Shown piece by piece: positions 11,379 through 21,414 of a DNA stretch of 64,000 nt; the stretch's first letter is position 1; the number at the start of each line of letters is the position of its first letter. The translations under genes and the position numbers were made by a program. The notes under the pieces were generated by a model that saw only the letters and a list, made by a program, of their open reading frames with translations, ran no database searches and was not told where the DNA came from. The stretch comes from Candidatus Latescibacterota bacterium (GTDB taxonomy: Bacteria; Latescibacterota; UBA2968). The stretch lies in the NCBI GenBank assembly GCA_965207885.1, contig OZ242311.1, positions 5,344,001 to 5,408,000 on the forward strand, read 5' to 3'.

Positions 11379-12576
11379 CATAGTACACGACAAAAAATAA
11401 AAGACCTGTGAAAAAAGCTAAAAAGAGTTAGGTTTGAATGTCCCAAGACAAACCTTTCTCATCTTAACAAGGCACAGGTCTATGTCTCCTGAAACTATTG
11501 AACTTCAAACGATTATGCAAGGATATTTTCACTGGCATAAAGCCCGAATAACGTTTACCGCTGCGTTCATATTGTCGCTGATAAAATTGCGTAGCGTCAA
11601 TTTTATGAAACTGGCAAACGCACTCAATGGAACCGTCAAGCAGAAATCTAATTATCGTCGTATCCAACGCTTCTTTGCCCACTTTGCCTTACCCTATGCG
11701 TGTGTGAGACAATTGATCTTGCACTTATTACCTATAAAGTCGGATTTTATAGTCTCAATAGATCGCACCAATTGGAAGTTGGGAAAATTCAATATCAACA
11801 TCCTAACCGCAGGCATTATCTATGAAGGGGTCGCCTTTCCTATCTGTTGGCACTTGTTAAAAAAACGGGGCAATTCCAATAGTGATGAGCGTATCCATTT
11901 GATGCAAGAAATGCTCAACTGCATCTGCAAATCGCATATCCGCGTTGTCGTCGCAGACAGAGAATTTATTGGAAGAGAATGGTTTAGGTGGTTAGACACA
12001 CAAAATATACCCTTTGTTATTCGCATCAAGGAAAACGCTCTTGTCTCATCAGGCGGTAGAGAGATCCCCATAAGAAAACGGTTTGAAAATCTTAATATCC
12101 ATCAGCAGGTCAACTTGTGCAAACGCCACCGCGTTTATGACCTGCCTGTATATCTGTCTGCACTAAGATTGAAGGACCAATACCTCATTCTTGCCAGCAA
12201 CCAAAAAGGTCAAGCCGCATTGGATACCTATAAAAAACGATGGGGCATTGAAGTCCTTTTTGCCAATCTTAAAAGTCGAGGATTTAATCTGGAAGAGACC
12301 CATCTTATACATCAAGACCGCATTGAGAAACTCATCGCGCTTTTGGCCATTGCCTGCATCTGGGCGCATATCATCGGCGAATGGATAGCAAAAACAAATC
12401 CTTTGACGATCAAAAATCACGGGCGGATGGAGAAAAGTCTCTTCCGATATGGGTTGGACTATTTGCAGTATGTCCTGCTCAATATAAACCAACAAACCCA
12501 ACAGTTCCTCATATGCATTCGTTTACTGAGTAATCCGCCACTGTTTAAAACAATTTAAGTTTTGTCGTGTACCATG
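11379..12576 (+). mobile_element. IS4-family insertion sequence, copy 1 (1198 bp)
   Basis: Terminal IRs CATAGTACACGACAAAA / TTTTGTCGTGTACCATG; perfect 9-bp target duplication CACAATTTC (11370-11378 and 12577-12585). Confidence 0.95.
11482..12558 (+). CDS. IS4-family DDE transposase
   Basis: IDRTNW, VVADREF and YKKRWGIEVLFANLKSRGF (YREK motif). Confidence 0.93.
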   Translation: MSPETIELQTIMQGYFHWHKARITFTAAFILSLIKLRSVNFMKLANALNGTVKQKSNYRRIQRFFAHFALPYACVRQLILHLLPIKSDFIVSIDRTNWKLGKFNINILTAGIIYEGVAFPICWHLLKKRGNSNSDERIHLMQEMLNCICKSHIRVVVADREFIGREWFRWLDTQNIPFVIRIKENALVSSGGREIPIRKRFENLNIHQQVNLCKRHRVYDLPVYLSALRLKDQYLILASNQKGQAALDTYKKRWGIEVLFANLKSRGFNLEETHLIHQDRIEKLIALLAIACIWAHIIGEWIAKTNPLTIKNHGRMEKSLFRYGLDYLQYVLLNINQQTQQFLICIRLLSNPPLFKTI

Positions 12577-12607
12577 CACAATTTCATAAACAAAAATACT
12601 GCACATA

Positions 12608-12636
12608 TGTATAGTTTTAATTTTGGGAAATGTCAA
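12608..12636 (-). promoter_or_regulatory. sigma70-type promoter, probably the native promoter of the AKR operon, now displaced by the IS
   Basis: Minus strand TTGACA-N17-TATACA, ~30 bp outside the IS right end. Confidence 0.6.
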
Positions 12637-12664
12637 GGGCAAACACATAGATTTTAGCGATGTA

Positions 12665-12692
12665 TTGACATCGGGCGTAAGATAGCTATAAT
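12665..12692 (+). promoter_or_regulatory. sigma70 consensus promoter for the MFS gene
   Basis: TTGACA-N16-TATAAT, perfect consensus boxes. Confidence 0.75.
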
Positions 12693-12733
12693 CATGTCCA
12701 AATTTGACATAATTCTTGCGAACAGGAATCATA

Positions 12734-13969
12734 TTGACCAAACACAATCCCTATGAAGCATTTCACATCAGGGAATTTCGGTTATACGCACTGGGCTGGT
12801 TTGTCGCATTAGTCGGCACGCAAATTCAGAGCGCCGCCATAGGATGGGAAATGTACGCGCGCACCGGGCAGGCACTCGCGCTCGGCCTGGTGGGTCTGGC
12901 AATCGCATTGCCCACAATGATCCTCGCACTCCCCGCGGGATATCTCGCCGACCGCTTTAACCGACGCACAGTCATGATGTTGAGCTTAACGGGCACAACA
13001 TTAACCTCTCTGGGCCTTGCCGCAGTATCGTGGAAACAGGGACCAATTGCCCTGATGTACGCCATACTCGTCGTCGATGCCGCAATAACCGTACTCGGCG
13101 CCCCAGCACGGCGGGCAATTGTACCCCAATTGGTACCCCGCGGGATATTTCCCAATGCCGTGGCATGGAGCATGAGCTTGATGCAAATGGCGTGGGTAGT
13201 GGGACCCATGATCGGGGGCTTGATCGCAGCAGTCTATGTACCTGCAGCGTACCTTGCAAGTGCCGGATGTACGGGATGGTTCTTGTTGATATTGTCCCGA
13301 TTGCGCGTACCGCCCGTAGAACGCGATAAAAATGCAGCGCGAATTTCACCACTACAAAATCTGATGGGCGGACTGGTGTTTCTGAAGAACAATCAATTGC
13401 TATTGTCGCTCATGGCACTGGACATGTTTGCCGTGCTCCTGGGCGGAGCCGTGTATTTATTGCCGATATACGCGCAGGATATATTGAAGGTAGGCTCAGA
13501 GGGATTTGGAATATTGCGCTCAGCACCTGCGGTGGGTGCCCTGATAATGGCACTCACGCTGGCACACTTGCCCCCGATGAAAAAAGCCGGCAGAAATCTG
13601 CTCCTCACCGTAGCTGGCTTTGGCGTGGCAACCATAGTATTCGGAATATCGGAAAACTTTTGGTTGTCATTTGCGATGCTCGTATTAACCGGGGCATTTG
13701 ACAACGTGAGCATGGTCATTCGTCACACACTCGTACAGTTAATCACCCCCGATGCAATGCGCGGCAGAGTATCGGCTGTAAACGGAGTATTTGTAAGCGC
13801 GTCAAATGAACTGGGTGGTCTCGAATCTGGAGGCGTGGCGGAATTGTATGGACCTGTATTCTCAGTCGTAAGCGGCGGCATCGGAACACTTTTGGTCACA
13901 GGCATAACAGCAATAGCTTCCCCGAAGCTCAGAAAAGTAGGCGCACTGGATGAAGTGGAAGAGGGATAG
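12734..13969 (+). CDS. MFS transporter (EntS/DHA3-like)
   Basis: About 12 hydrophobic helices, AGYLADRFNRR motif A, TPDAMRGRVSAVN. Confidence 0.9.
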   Translation: MTKHNPYEAFHIREFRLYALGWFVALVGTQIQSAAIGWEMYARTGQALALGLVGLAIALPTMILALPAGYLADRFNRRTVMMLSLTGTTLTSLGLAAVSWKQGPIALMYAILVVDAAITVLGAPARRAIVPQLVPRGIFPNAVAWSMSLMQMAWVVGPMIGGLIAAVYVPAAYLASAGCTGWFLLILSRLRVPPVERDKNAARISPLQNLMGGLVFLKNNQLLLSLMALDMFAVLLGGAVYLLPIYAQDILKVGSEGFGILRSAPAVGALIMALTLAHLPPMKKAGRNLLLTVAGFGVATIVFGISENFWLSFAMLVLTGAFDNVSMVIRHTLVQLITPDAMRGRVSAVNGVFVSASNELGGLESGGVAELYGPVFSVVSGGIGTLLVTGITAIASPKLRKVGALDEVEEG

Positions 13970-14014
13970 GATAGCAGGAGGGATACTGATCAGACCTGGA
14001 CCGCAACCTGTGAT

Positions 14015-14953
14015 CTAATGCCGCTTGATAACAACATAACTGATATCATCATCGGGTGTATTAAACGCGATGAGGTCCTCTTTAATCGCGTAGAAAATTT
14101 CTTTGGCGGTCAGATCTTTGATCTCGTGAAGTTTTTGTTCCAGATAATGCGGCGCGTAAAACTCGCCATTTCGGTGGTGTTCAACCAGACCATCGGTAAA
14201 AAGAATAAGAATATCGCCCGTGCCCATCAAATCCCATTCATTAAGTTGGTATTCTTCCTTAAAACCGAGCACACTCTCATTGATATTGCGATCGATATCG
14301 CGTCCCGAGGGAAGCGTACCAATGGGCGGAGAGGCAATCATTCTATCTTCGGACACATCGACAATACCTTTGTACTTGCGCGAATACACCAGCGGCATGG
14401 GATGTCCGGCCGACAGAAACTGGAAATGCCCTTCCTGAGATATCTCCCCGTAAATCATCGTAATAAATTTACTGAGACTCGACGAATTGTAAAACCGCGT
14501 ATTGAGATTTTCAAACAACTTAGCCGTGATATTGCCGTAATAATCCATCTCGTAAAGCGCACCCAGCAAAAAAGCCTGATGGAGCATCGCGGCGAGAAGC
14601 GCGTCCGTGATCTGATGCCCCGAAACATCGGCCACTGCCACACCCGCCTTAAAGCGACATTCCTCCAACTTTTTGACAACATAATCCTGCCCGCGGTCGC
14701 GGGCTTTTCTTATGCGGGCATTGAGATCATAGCGCTTCTTAAAATCGACATACACAATATGATCGCCACCCACAATGCCATTGAGCGGAATAGTCTCGCC
14801 GTAAATATCAACCCCATCGAGCGCGGGTATTTCCCCCGGTAATGGTGTGACGTAGCGGGCAATATCCTGAAAATTATTCAACTCTCCCATGAGCATCTTC
14901 ATGGAGTCATTAACTTGCTGGAGACCCGTTTCGTCTATCTCATCAAAAGCCAT
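14015..14953 (-). CDS. Stand-alone PP2C/SpoIIE (RsbU-like) phosphatase
   Basis: VGGD, AVADVSGH, SAGHP, LFTDGLVE and DDIS motifs. Confidence 0.88.
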   Translation of the reverse strand: MAFDEIDETGLQQVNDSMKMLMGELNNFQDIARYVTPLPGEIPALDGVDIYGETIPLNGIVGGDHIVYVDFKKRYDLNARIRKARDRGQDYVVKKLEECRFKAGVAVADVSGHQITDALLAAMLHQAFLLGALYEMDYYGNITAKLFENLNTRFYNSSSLSKFITMIYGEISQEGHFQFLSAGHPMPLVYSRKYKGIVDVSEDRMIASPPIGTLPSGRDIDRNINESVLGFKEEYQLNEWDLMGTGDILILFTDGLVEHHRNGEFYAPHYLEQKLHEIKDLTAKEIFYAIKEDLIAFNTPDDDISYVVIKRH

Positions 14954-15047
14954 AGAATTTTTATCACCTGTCTAAATATTAACCCGGCATCTGAACAGCC
15001 TCTAACCAAACGCAACGTTTCAAAAGTAACCATTTGTCGATCTCAAA

Positions 15048-17243
15048 TCAAGTCAGGCAATCCTCATCCGACAAAATCTTGTACGACGACATAAAAGGCA
15101 CGTAAAAAGAAGCAAACGATTTGGGACCTGAGCCATCAAAAAGCACAGTATCCCCAACGAGATCTTTGACAATGCGCTTGCCACTGCGGCTACCACTCGG
15201 ACGCATGGATTTCATCATGCGCGCCGCCTGTTCCAAAAAGCGTTTATCGCCCGAGTGCTCATAAGCATGACACAGCGCTTCCATTTCTCGGGGACCACCT
15301 GCGCGCCGCTGGAGACTGGGCAATTCCTTGTAAAAAAAGCGACCATCGGGCATCACACAGTGATCGAGTAAATCGCCCATCTCCGCCACAATAAGTGGCG
15401 GAATGCGACCATCTCCCGTCGCGGTATAATACCGGTGCAACGCATTGATCGCTATAGAAATCATAAAAGGAACGCGCACCAGCGTATGCGCGGTATAAGG
15501 CGCGAGAAAAGCCCCCCATTTTTCCTTCCACGCAATAAATTGCTCGGCAATACTGCGACACGCATCGAGGTATTTTTCTTCCCTCGTCTCAATGTACACA
15601 GCAATCAGACCGCGCATCGCCCAGCCAGTCTCGCGGGCTTGCTGCCCTCCGGCGCGGGCAAATTTGGGCGAATCGAGATGGCGGATCATATTATCCGCAA
15701 TAGAAACCGCCTTTTCGCGAGCCTCCCGTTTACCGGTCATGTGATAATAATCCAGCAACCCCTCGGTCCACTCGTGCGAAGGTGTTACACCGCCCGTCAC
15801 ATGCCCCGCCGTGTGAATGGGTTGTCCACCCACCTTGAGTGGATCGTCGCTGTAATGGCAAAAATCCACATCAATCCAGTGTTGTGCAGCCACACACGCG
15901 GCATCTCTAAACCGGCGCTCACCCGTCTTCGCATAGAGCAAAAACATCGCATGTGGAAAATCGTATTCATTATTGGTCCACACCAATTCCCCTTTGCCGC
16001 GCCCCTGCTGAGTGTACCCGTGATCCGGACCATCGCCCCAATGCATCATCCCAAGCCCCTGATTGCGCCCATCGGCCATATTGATAATACTGGCTTCAAT
16101 ATCCCAATTTTTATTCGAGGGAAAGAGATTCTCCCAAACATTGGCTTCGCGATACCACGACTCGGGCAAAATACCGATATCCGGATATTGAAATTGGAGC
16201 GATTGCACAATAACATCGTCCAGAGACATAGCAGAAGTGTGAAAATAAAATTGCATGCGATGGGTTTTCGCCACGCCCTGCAAAACCTTGACGGGATCCT
16301 GACTCGCGGGATAAATATCCAGATCAATGCCATCTTCGCCAACTGCAATCCCCTTGGGAAAATTCTGATGCGCTTGAAAAGGCGTAATACAAACGCCCTT
16401 TTCAGCATCGCACCAGTCTGCCCAGAAATCCCCGTAAAACGTATCAAGCACGTGTTCAACAGACTGAAAAACAATCGTCTCAGCATCCAGAAGACGCGCA
16501 TTTGCCCCCTCTGTAAGATCGGTGCGATAATAATCCTCTCCAGTAGCGCATCGCACATCGCCCGCACCCAATGCCGCGAACTTCAGCGCAATCTCTGCCA
16601 CATCAACACTCGCCACCTTCTCTCGATTGATAAACTGATAATCCAGGCGAAGAAAAGGTTTTCCCGCCCATGCCTCAATGAGAACGCGCATATCGAACAA
16701 TGTCCCCACATCGCCAACGTGCTCACCCGCACACTCAACCAGACTCCGCACGGGACCTGACTCCAGAACAGTAATGGTATCGATATTGGCGAAATACGAT
16801 CCACCTTCTGCACCAGCTATACCAAAAGAAGCATTTGCACCAAACCATTCAATATCATTTACGCGAATCGCCTTAAAAAGATCTGTCCCAAGCCCAACAT
16901 CAACAGAAAGAACACCCGTATCAATAGTATAGAAACCTCCCCCTTGCGTCACCGTAGTCCTCTCATCGGGATCAGGCGAAGCAATACTGCCATCAGTGGC
17001 AAAAGCGAGATCGTGTGCGCGGTTGCCGGGAAGATCAGCCAGAAAATGCGCCATAAGCCACTTAATCGACCCGTCGTCCCAGCGCGCTGTAACATCGGCC
17101 TGAACCGCTATATCTCTTACATCATTACAAATACCAAATTGCCCAGAGTCGGTAAGTCGCCCCTGGGCAAATGGAATACCGAGTGAAACGGGTTCGCCAA
17201 TGCGGTCGTACATCGAAAGTTTATCAAAATGAATCGTGGACAC
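15048..17243 (-). CDS. YetA/PcRGLX-like (alpha/alpha)-barrel protein, putative polysaccharide lyase/glycosidase
   Basis: EPVSLGIPF..G, W.DGSIKW N-terminal motif, G...WGD, WTNNEYD, SHEWTEGL.DYY..TG. Confidence 0.65.
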   Translation of the reverse strand: MSTIHFDKLSMYDRIGEPVSLGIPFAQGRLTDSGQFGICNDVRDIAVQADVTARWDDGSIKWLMAHFLADLPGNRAHDLAFATDGSIASPDPDERTTVTQGGGFYTIDTGVLSVDVGLGTDLFKAIRVNDIEWFGANASFGIAGAEGGSYFANIDTITVLESGPVRSLVECAGEHVGDVGTLFDMRVLIEAWAGKPFLRLDYQFINREKVASVDVAEIALKFAALGAGDVRCATGEDYYRTDLTEGANARLLDAETIVFQSVEHVLDTFYGDFWADWCDAEKGVCITPFQAHQNFPKGIAVGEDGIDLDIYPASQDPVKVLQGVAKTHRMQFYFHTSAMSLDDVIVQSLQFQYPDIGILPESWYREANVWENLFPSNKNWDIEASIINMADGRNQGLGMMHWGDGPDHGYTQQGRGKGELVWTNNEYDFPHAMFLLYAKTGERRFRDAACVAAQHWIDVDFCHYSDDPLKVGGQPIHTAGHVTGGVTPSHEWTEGLLDYYHMTGKREAREKAVSIADNMIRHLDSPKFARAGGQQARETGWAMRGLIAVYIETREEKYLDACRSIAEQFIAWKEKWGAFLAPYTAHTLVRVPFMISIAINALHRYYTATGDGRIPPLIVAEMGDLLDHCVMPDGRFFYKELPSLQRRAGGPREMEALCHAYEHSGDKRFLEQAARMMKSMRPSGSRSGKRIVKDLVGDTVLFDGSGPKSFASFYVPFMSSYKILSDEDCLT

Positions 17244-17335
17244 AATTCCTCCCTTAAGTTCATCAAACCAATCTGCGTTTCATCGAATATATTTCAAAGC
17301 TCTCCCTCATGCAACAACGCTATAAACTTGACAGC

Positions 17336-17363
17336 TTGACGGAGTATGGTTTTGTCTTATATT
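17336..17363 (+). promoter_or_regulatory. sigma70-type promoter for peroxiredoxin
   Basis: TTGACG-N16-TATATT upstream of an AAGGA RBS. Confidence 0.5.
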
Positions 17364-17418
17364 ATCGCCACGCAGTTGGATTCTATCTCCTCCACAATCC
17401 AATAGAAAGGATTATACT

Positions 17419-18051
17419 ATGTCATTGCAATTAGGCGATGTTGCCCCCGACTTTACGGCAGAAACCACGGAAGGCACCGTCAATTTTCACGAATGGCTGG
17501 GTGATGGCTGGGGCATTCTGTTCTCCCATCCCGCCGACTTTACGCCGGTATGCACCACCGAATTGGGTGCCATGGCGAATATCAAAGACGAATTTGACAA
17601 ACGCGGCGTCAAAGTCTTAGCGATCAGCGTTGATCCCCTCGAATCGCATGAAGGCTGGATTAGCGACATCAACGAAACGCAAAATGCAACCGTCAATTAT
17701 CCCATGATCGCCGACCCCGACCGCGAAGTAGCCGACCTCTACGAAATGATCCATCCCAATGCAGATAACACGCTAACCGTGCGATCGGTATTTGTAATTG
17801 GACCCGACAAAACAATCAAACTGATGCTCACCTACCCCGCATCTACGGGCCGCAACTTCGACGAAATACTGCGCGTAGTCGATTCTCTGCAATTGACAGC
17901 CAGGCACAGTTTGGCCACGCCCGTGAACTGGCGACCCGGCGAAGACGTGATTATTTCGCCTACAGTTACAGACGAAGAAGCCGACGAGCGATTCCCCGGA
18001 TACACCGCTGTAAAACCCTATTTGCGCGTCATACAGCAACCCGCTGAGTAA
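17419..18051 (+). CDS. 1-Cys peroxiredoxin (Prx6 family)
   Basis: FSHPADFTPVCTTE and YPASTGRNFDEILR motifs. Confidence 0.96.
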   Translation: MSLQLGDVAPDFTAETTEGTVNFHEWLGDGWGILFSHPADFTPVCTTELGAMANIKDEFDKRGVKVLAISVDPLESHEGWISDINETQNATVNYPMIADPDREVADLYEMIHPNADNTLTVRSVFVIGPDKTIKLMLTYPASTGRNFDEILRVVDSLQLTARHSLATPVNWRPGEDVIISPTVTDEEADERFPGYTAVKPYLRVIQQPAE

Positions 18052-18105
18052 ACGACCACCCGCAAAAAGCAAAAGGTCTGTGACACTTGTCACAGACCTT
18101 TTTTA
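18024..18105 (+). repeat. Repeat A copy 1 (peroxiredoxin 3' end plus terminator)
   Basis: Diverged direct repeat of 20713-20795. Confidence 0.9.
18071..18104. terminator. Bidirectional intrinsic terminator
   Basis: AAAAGGTCTGTGACA-CT-TGTCACAGACCTTTTTT hairpin between convergent genes. Confidence 0.9.
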
Positions 18106-18121
18106 TTTTCACTATCCCAAT

Positions 18122-20569
18122 CTATTCATGCCGCAGTGCTTCCACCGGATTCGATACCGCCGCGCGAAGGGCGTGGAAACTCACAGTAAACAACGCAATC
18201 GCCAGGGCAACCGCACCACTCAAAACAAATATCCACCACGAAAGATCCGTGCGATAGGCAAAACCCTCCAGCCAACTTCGCATGACAAAATAGACAACCG
18301 GCCATGCAAACAGATTCGCAATCAGAACCATAATTGCAAATGTTCTGGAAATTAGCATCACTATATTTGACACACTCGCACCCAAAACCTTACGCACCCC
18401 AATCTCTTTCACGCGCTGCTCAACTGTAAATGCTGCAAGACCAAACAGCCCCATACAAGCGAGCAAAATCGCCATTCCCGAAGAGAGCAACGTCAGAGCC
18501 TGCGCCCGCTGTTCTGCAGAGTACATATATTCAAACTGCTGGTCCCACATCATATATTCAAATGGCTGATCCGCAGGGGCGAAACGCTTCCAGGTCTTTT
18601 CAAAAAAAGCGAGCGTTTCTTCCATGCCTTCGGCTTTGACGCGCACGCCCAAACTATAAAATTGCTGATGCCGAAGCGTTAGCGCAACAGGACCTATTTC
18701 TTCTTGCAACGGACCGTAGTGAAAGTCTTGCACAACACCAACCACCGTCCCCTTCCGATTCCTCTCTCGATCAACCCACTCAAAAGACTTGCCAATAGGA
18801 TCATCCCAACCGAGCCGCGCAACCGCTGTTTCATTGATGATAAAAGCTTTTGACGTATCTGTGGGAAATGCAATCGGATCAAATTTGCGCCCTTCTACCA
18901 GTTCGATCTGAAACACGTCGAGATAATCTTCATCGACCTCCAAGAGAGGCATACGCCAATCCGTGCCCTCGTGCCCCTCTGCCCGAATGGTCCGGATAAT
19001 CCCCCCACTCCAACCAACCCGCCAGCGATACGCCGTTGCTTCGAGCGCATTCGGATGGGTGAGGAATGCCTCTTTCACCGTGGCATAACGGGCAGCGAGC
19101 TTTTGCCCCGGATCCAATTTTGTTTCCTGGTCAAGAACAAATATGGGCATGAGAACCATCTGCTCCATATTAAGACCCAGATGCTTATTTTTAATATAAT
19201 CGAGTTGCTGATAGATCACTCCCGTACTCGCGAGCAAAATAATTGAAATTGCAAATTGCACCACCACCAATCCTCTTCGAATCCACTGCCCCCGAGAACC
19301 CGCGCGAAACGCTCCCTTCAGCGTTTCTGTGGGTTCATACGCCGAAAGAAAAAACGCGGGATAAACACCAGCCAACAGCCCGACGAATACGGCAATACCA
19401 ATCAAAGAAATTACAAGCAACGGATCGCTCAACAAATTCAACTCAATCTGTTTAAAGAAAAAGGCATTAAACTCGGGAAGCACCAATTTGACGGCAACAA
19501 GCGCGAGCACAAGCGCGACCAGTGCTGTGAGAACAGACTCGCCCAAAAACTGACCCATCAGTTGTGAGCGATACGCACCCGACACCTTTCGCAAACCCAC
19601 CTCGTGCGCCCTGCGAGCCGATTGCGCCGTCGTCAAATTTGTGAAATTAATACATCCAATCGCAAGCACCAGAACCGCAATAGCACCAAATTGATAAACG
19701 CGGTCAATATCGCCGTACCAATCCAGACCGTAGTCCTTCCTCGAATAGAGATAAATGCGATTGAGAGGCTGGAGATGATACGCATTTGTACGCGCGATCT
19801 CTGCCCCCATATAGCGATCGATCAACTCGGGAAATTTTGCGGACAGCGCCTTTGGATCCGCCCCTTCTCGCAGCAGAAAATACGTATTGACGGGACGCCA
19901 GCCATCGGTTGGTATCCAATCTTCCCAGGCGTACTTCGCGCCTGGGGACGTAAATCCGCCTGTTGAGAGATAATCGATTTCACCGAAGCCGAGTGTAGAA
20001 TTGCGAGGCACATCTTTTAATATTGCCGTGATGGTGCGCTCGCCTCCGTGGTGATTGCTCTCAGCGGTGATGGTCTTGCCAATCGGATCTTCGTCTCCAA
20101 ACAACCGTTTTGCCGCCGATTCTGTTATGGCGATCGCATTGGGATTGGGAAATGCAGTTTCGAGATTGCCGCGCACAAAGGGAAAATCGAAAATTTCAAA
20201 CAACTCGGGATCGGCAACACAGACACCCATCTCGAACTTTTTTTCGTCCAAACGCACATCTACGGAACTCCACGTTATCACGCGCACGGCTTTCTCTACT
20301 TCGGGAAAATCCTGCTCAAGTGCCCGCGCCAGCGCACCCGACGTTAATGGCAAATAATCTGATTGCCCTCCAGATCGGGTCTCTCGGATCACGCGATAAA
20401 TCCGATCTCCTTTTGCATGCCAACTGTCAAAACTCAACTCGTCCTGAATATAGAGCACGATCAAAAAGCACGTACTCAGACCAATGGCAAGCCCCAGAAT
20501 ATTAATTGCACTAAAGGATTTTTGCCGATTGAGATTTCTCAGTGCGATAATCAGATAATTTCTAAACAC
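18122..20569 (-). CDS. MacB/FtsX-type ABC transporter permease (duplicated domains)
   Basis: (V)FRNYLIIALRNL, GCINFTNL, EQRVKEIGVRKVLGAS and AAVSNPVEALRHE; GTG start after GGAGG. Confidence 0.92.
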   Translation of the reverse strand: MFRNYLIIALRNLNRQKSFSAINILGLAIGLSTCFLIVLYIQDELSFDSWHAKGDRIYRVIRETRSGGQSDYLPLTSGALARALEQDFPEVEKAVRVITWSSVDVRLDEKKFEMGVCVADPELFEIFDFPFVRGNLETAFPNPNAIAITESAAKRLFGDEDPIGKTITAESNHHGGERTITAILKDVPRNSTLGFGEIDYLSTGGFTSPGAKYAWEDWIPTDGWRPVNTYFLLREGADPKALSAKFPELIDRYMGAEIARTNAYHLQPLNRIYLYSRKDYGLDWYGDIDRVYQFGAIAVLVLAIGCINFTNLTTAQSARRAHEVGLRKVSGAYRSQLMGQFLGESVLTALVALVLALVAVKLVLPEFNAFFFKQIELNLLSDPLLVISLIGIAVFVGLLAGVYPAFFLSAYEPTETLKGAFRAGSRGQWIRRGLVVVQFAISIILLASTGVIYQQLDYIKNKHLGLNMEQMVLMPIFVLDQETKLDPGQKLAARYATVKEAFLTHPNALEATAYRWRVGWSGGIIRTIRAEGHEGTDWRMPLLEVDEDYLDVFQIELVEGRKFDPIAFPTDTSKAFIINETAVARLGWDDPIGKSFEWVDRERNRKGTVVGVVQDFHYGPLQEEIGPVALTLRHQQFYSLGVRVKAEGMEETLAFFEKTWKRFAPADQPFEYMMWDQQFEYMYSAEQRAQALTLLSSGMAILLACMGLFGLAAFTVEQRVKEIGVRKVLGASVSNIVMLISRTFAIMVLIANLFAWPVVYFVMRSWLEGFAYRTDLSWWIFVLSGAVALAIALFTVSFHALRAAVSNPVEALRHE

Positions 20570-20657
20570 AACAACCGCCTCCGAAATAAAAAATAAATGC
20601 GTCACGTACGAGTGTAGCTACGATCTTCAGAACCGTCAAGGTTTAGCATAAATTTCC

Positions 20658-20714
20658 AATTAAAAACCATCACCCATTGGACACATCTGGATCGCATATA
20701 GTTTCTCTTTCAGC
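20658..20714 (+). repeat. Repeat B copy 1 (copy of the region upstream of the FGE gene)
   Basis: 48/57 identical to 21415-21471 by manual alignment. Confidence 0.85.
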
Positions 20715-20795
20715 GCGTAATACAGCACCCCGCTGACTAACCGAGCCACCCGTAAAAAGCAAAAGGTCTGTGACACTCGTCACAGACCTTTTTTA
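20713..20795 (+). repeat. Repeat A copy 2 (diverged peroxiredoxin 3' end plus terminator hairpin 20761-20794)
   Basis: GCGCGTAATACAGCACCCCGCTGACTAA...AAAAGGTCTGTGACACTCGTCACAGACCTTTTTT. Confidence 0.9.
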
Positions 20796-20889
20796 GTCAG
20801 AACAGATTCGATCGGGCAATGGCTCAAGTTGTGCGATTTTCTCTGCTTGTTCAGTGCGCATCGCCTGCCACAAATCCCAATCCGATTGC

Positions 20890-20953
20890 AGGCGTTGAAA
20901 AGCGCGAAGAAGAATCCCGAGTCCACCAAAAGCGTTTTAGAACCCACGATCAT
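20890..20953 (-). pseudogene. N-terminal stub of a PIN/VapC toxin
   Basis: MIVGSKTLLVDSGFFFALFN matches the PIN start motif (hhhDs.hh.Ah); similarity stops after ~20 codons. Confidence 0.55.
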
Positions 20954-21257
20954 CAACGTACTCCGCGTATGTGCCGTAACCCGACCAGGGCGCGCTTTTG
21001 CGTCTGCCAATGATGAAACGTCCTCTTGTCTCTCCTTCTTGCATACAAATGATATATATCCGCGAGCGTTTATTCAGCAAGACTGCCTCCTCTATCTCGG
21101 TCTTGAGGGATTCAAATAAGTCTCCATCATAGCAGAACGAAAAACACGCGACGCTATTACCACACTCTTTTGCATCGTGATCGTCGAGCCAGGTGTACAG
21201 CCCTTCGTAATCACCTGTCACACCGAGATCGTAAGATATCCAAATAAAACTTTGCAT
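20937..21257 (-). CDS. Small hypothetical protein with a Cas2/VapD-like N-terminus
   Basis: FIWISYDL start resembles the hhhsYDl strand of Cas2/VapD ferredoxin folds; AAGGA RBS; overlaps the PIN stub. Confidence 0.6.
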   Translation of the reverse strand: MQSFIWISYDLGVTGDYEGLYTWLDDHDAKECGNSVACFSFCYDGDLFESLKTEIEEAVLLNKRSRIYIICMQEGETRGRFIIGRRKSAPWSGYGTYAEYVDDRGF

Positions 21258-21414
21258 ATCCTTAGCCTTTCACTGGATTTTGAAAAATACCGTGACCGTA
21301 TTAAAAATATCTTCAATACCACGATTTCGGAACGAATTTATCATACCATATATTAATTGTCAATTATCGATGTCTATAGCTCAGCGCAACGGGACCAATT
21401 TTTTCTCGCAAACG

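Noticed and set aside
15435-16760. 441-aa plus-strand ORF (similarly 26168-27487, 47478-48668, 59411-60610, 14018-14842, 6581-7327)
   Set aside because: These are antisense shadows of well-supported genes, with no recognisable motifs or RBS.
20815-20842. Another copy of the 28-nt palindrome near the PIN stub
   Set aside because: Too many mismatches to distinguish from chance.
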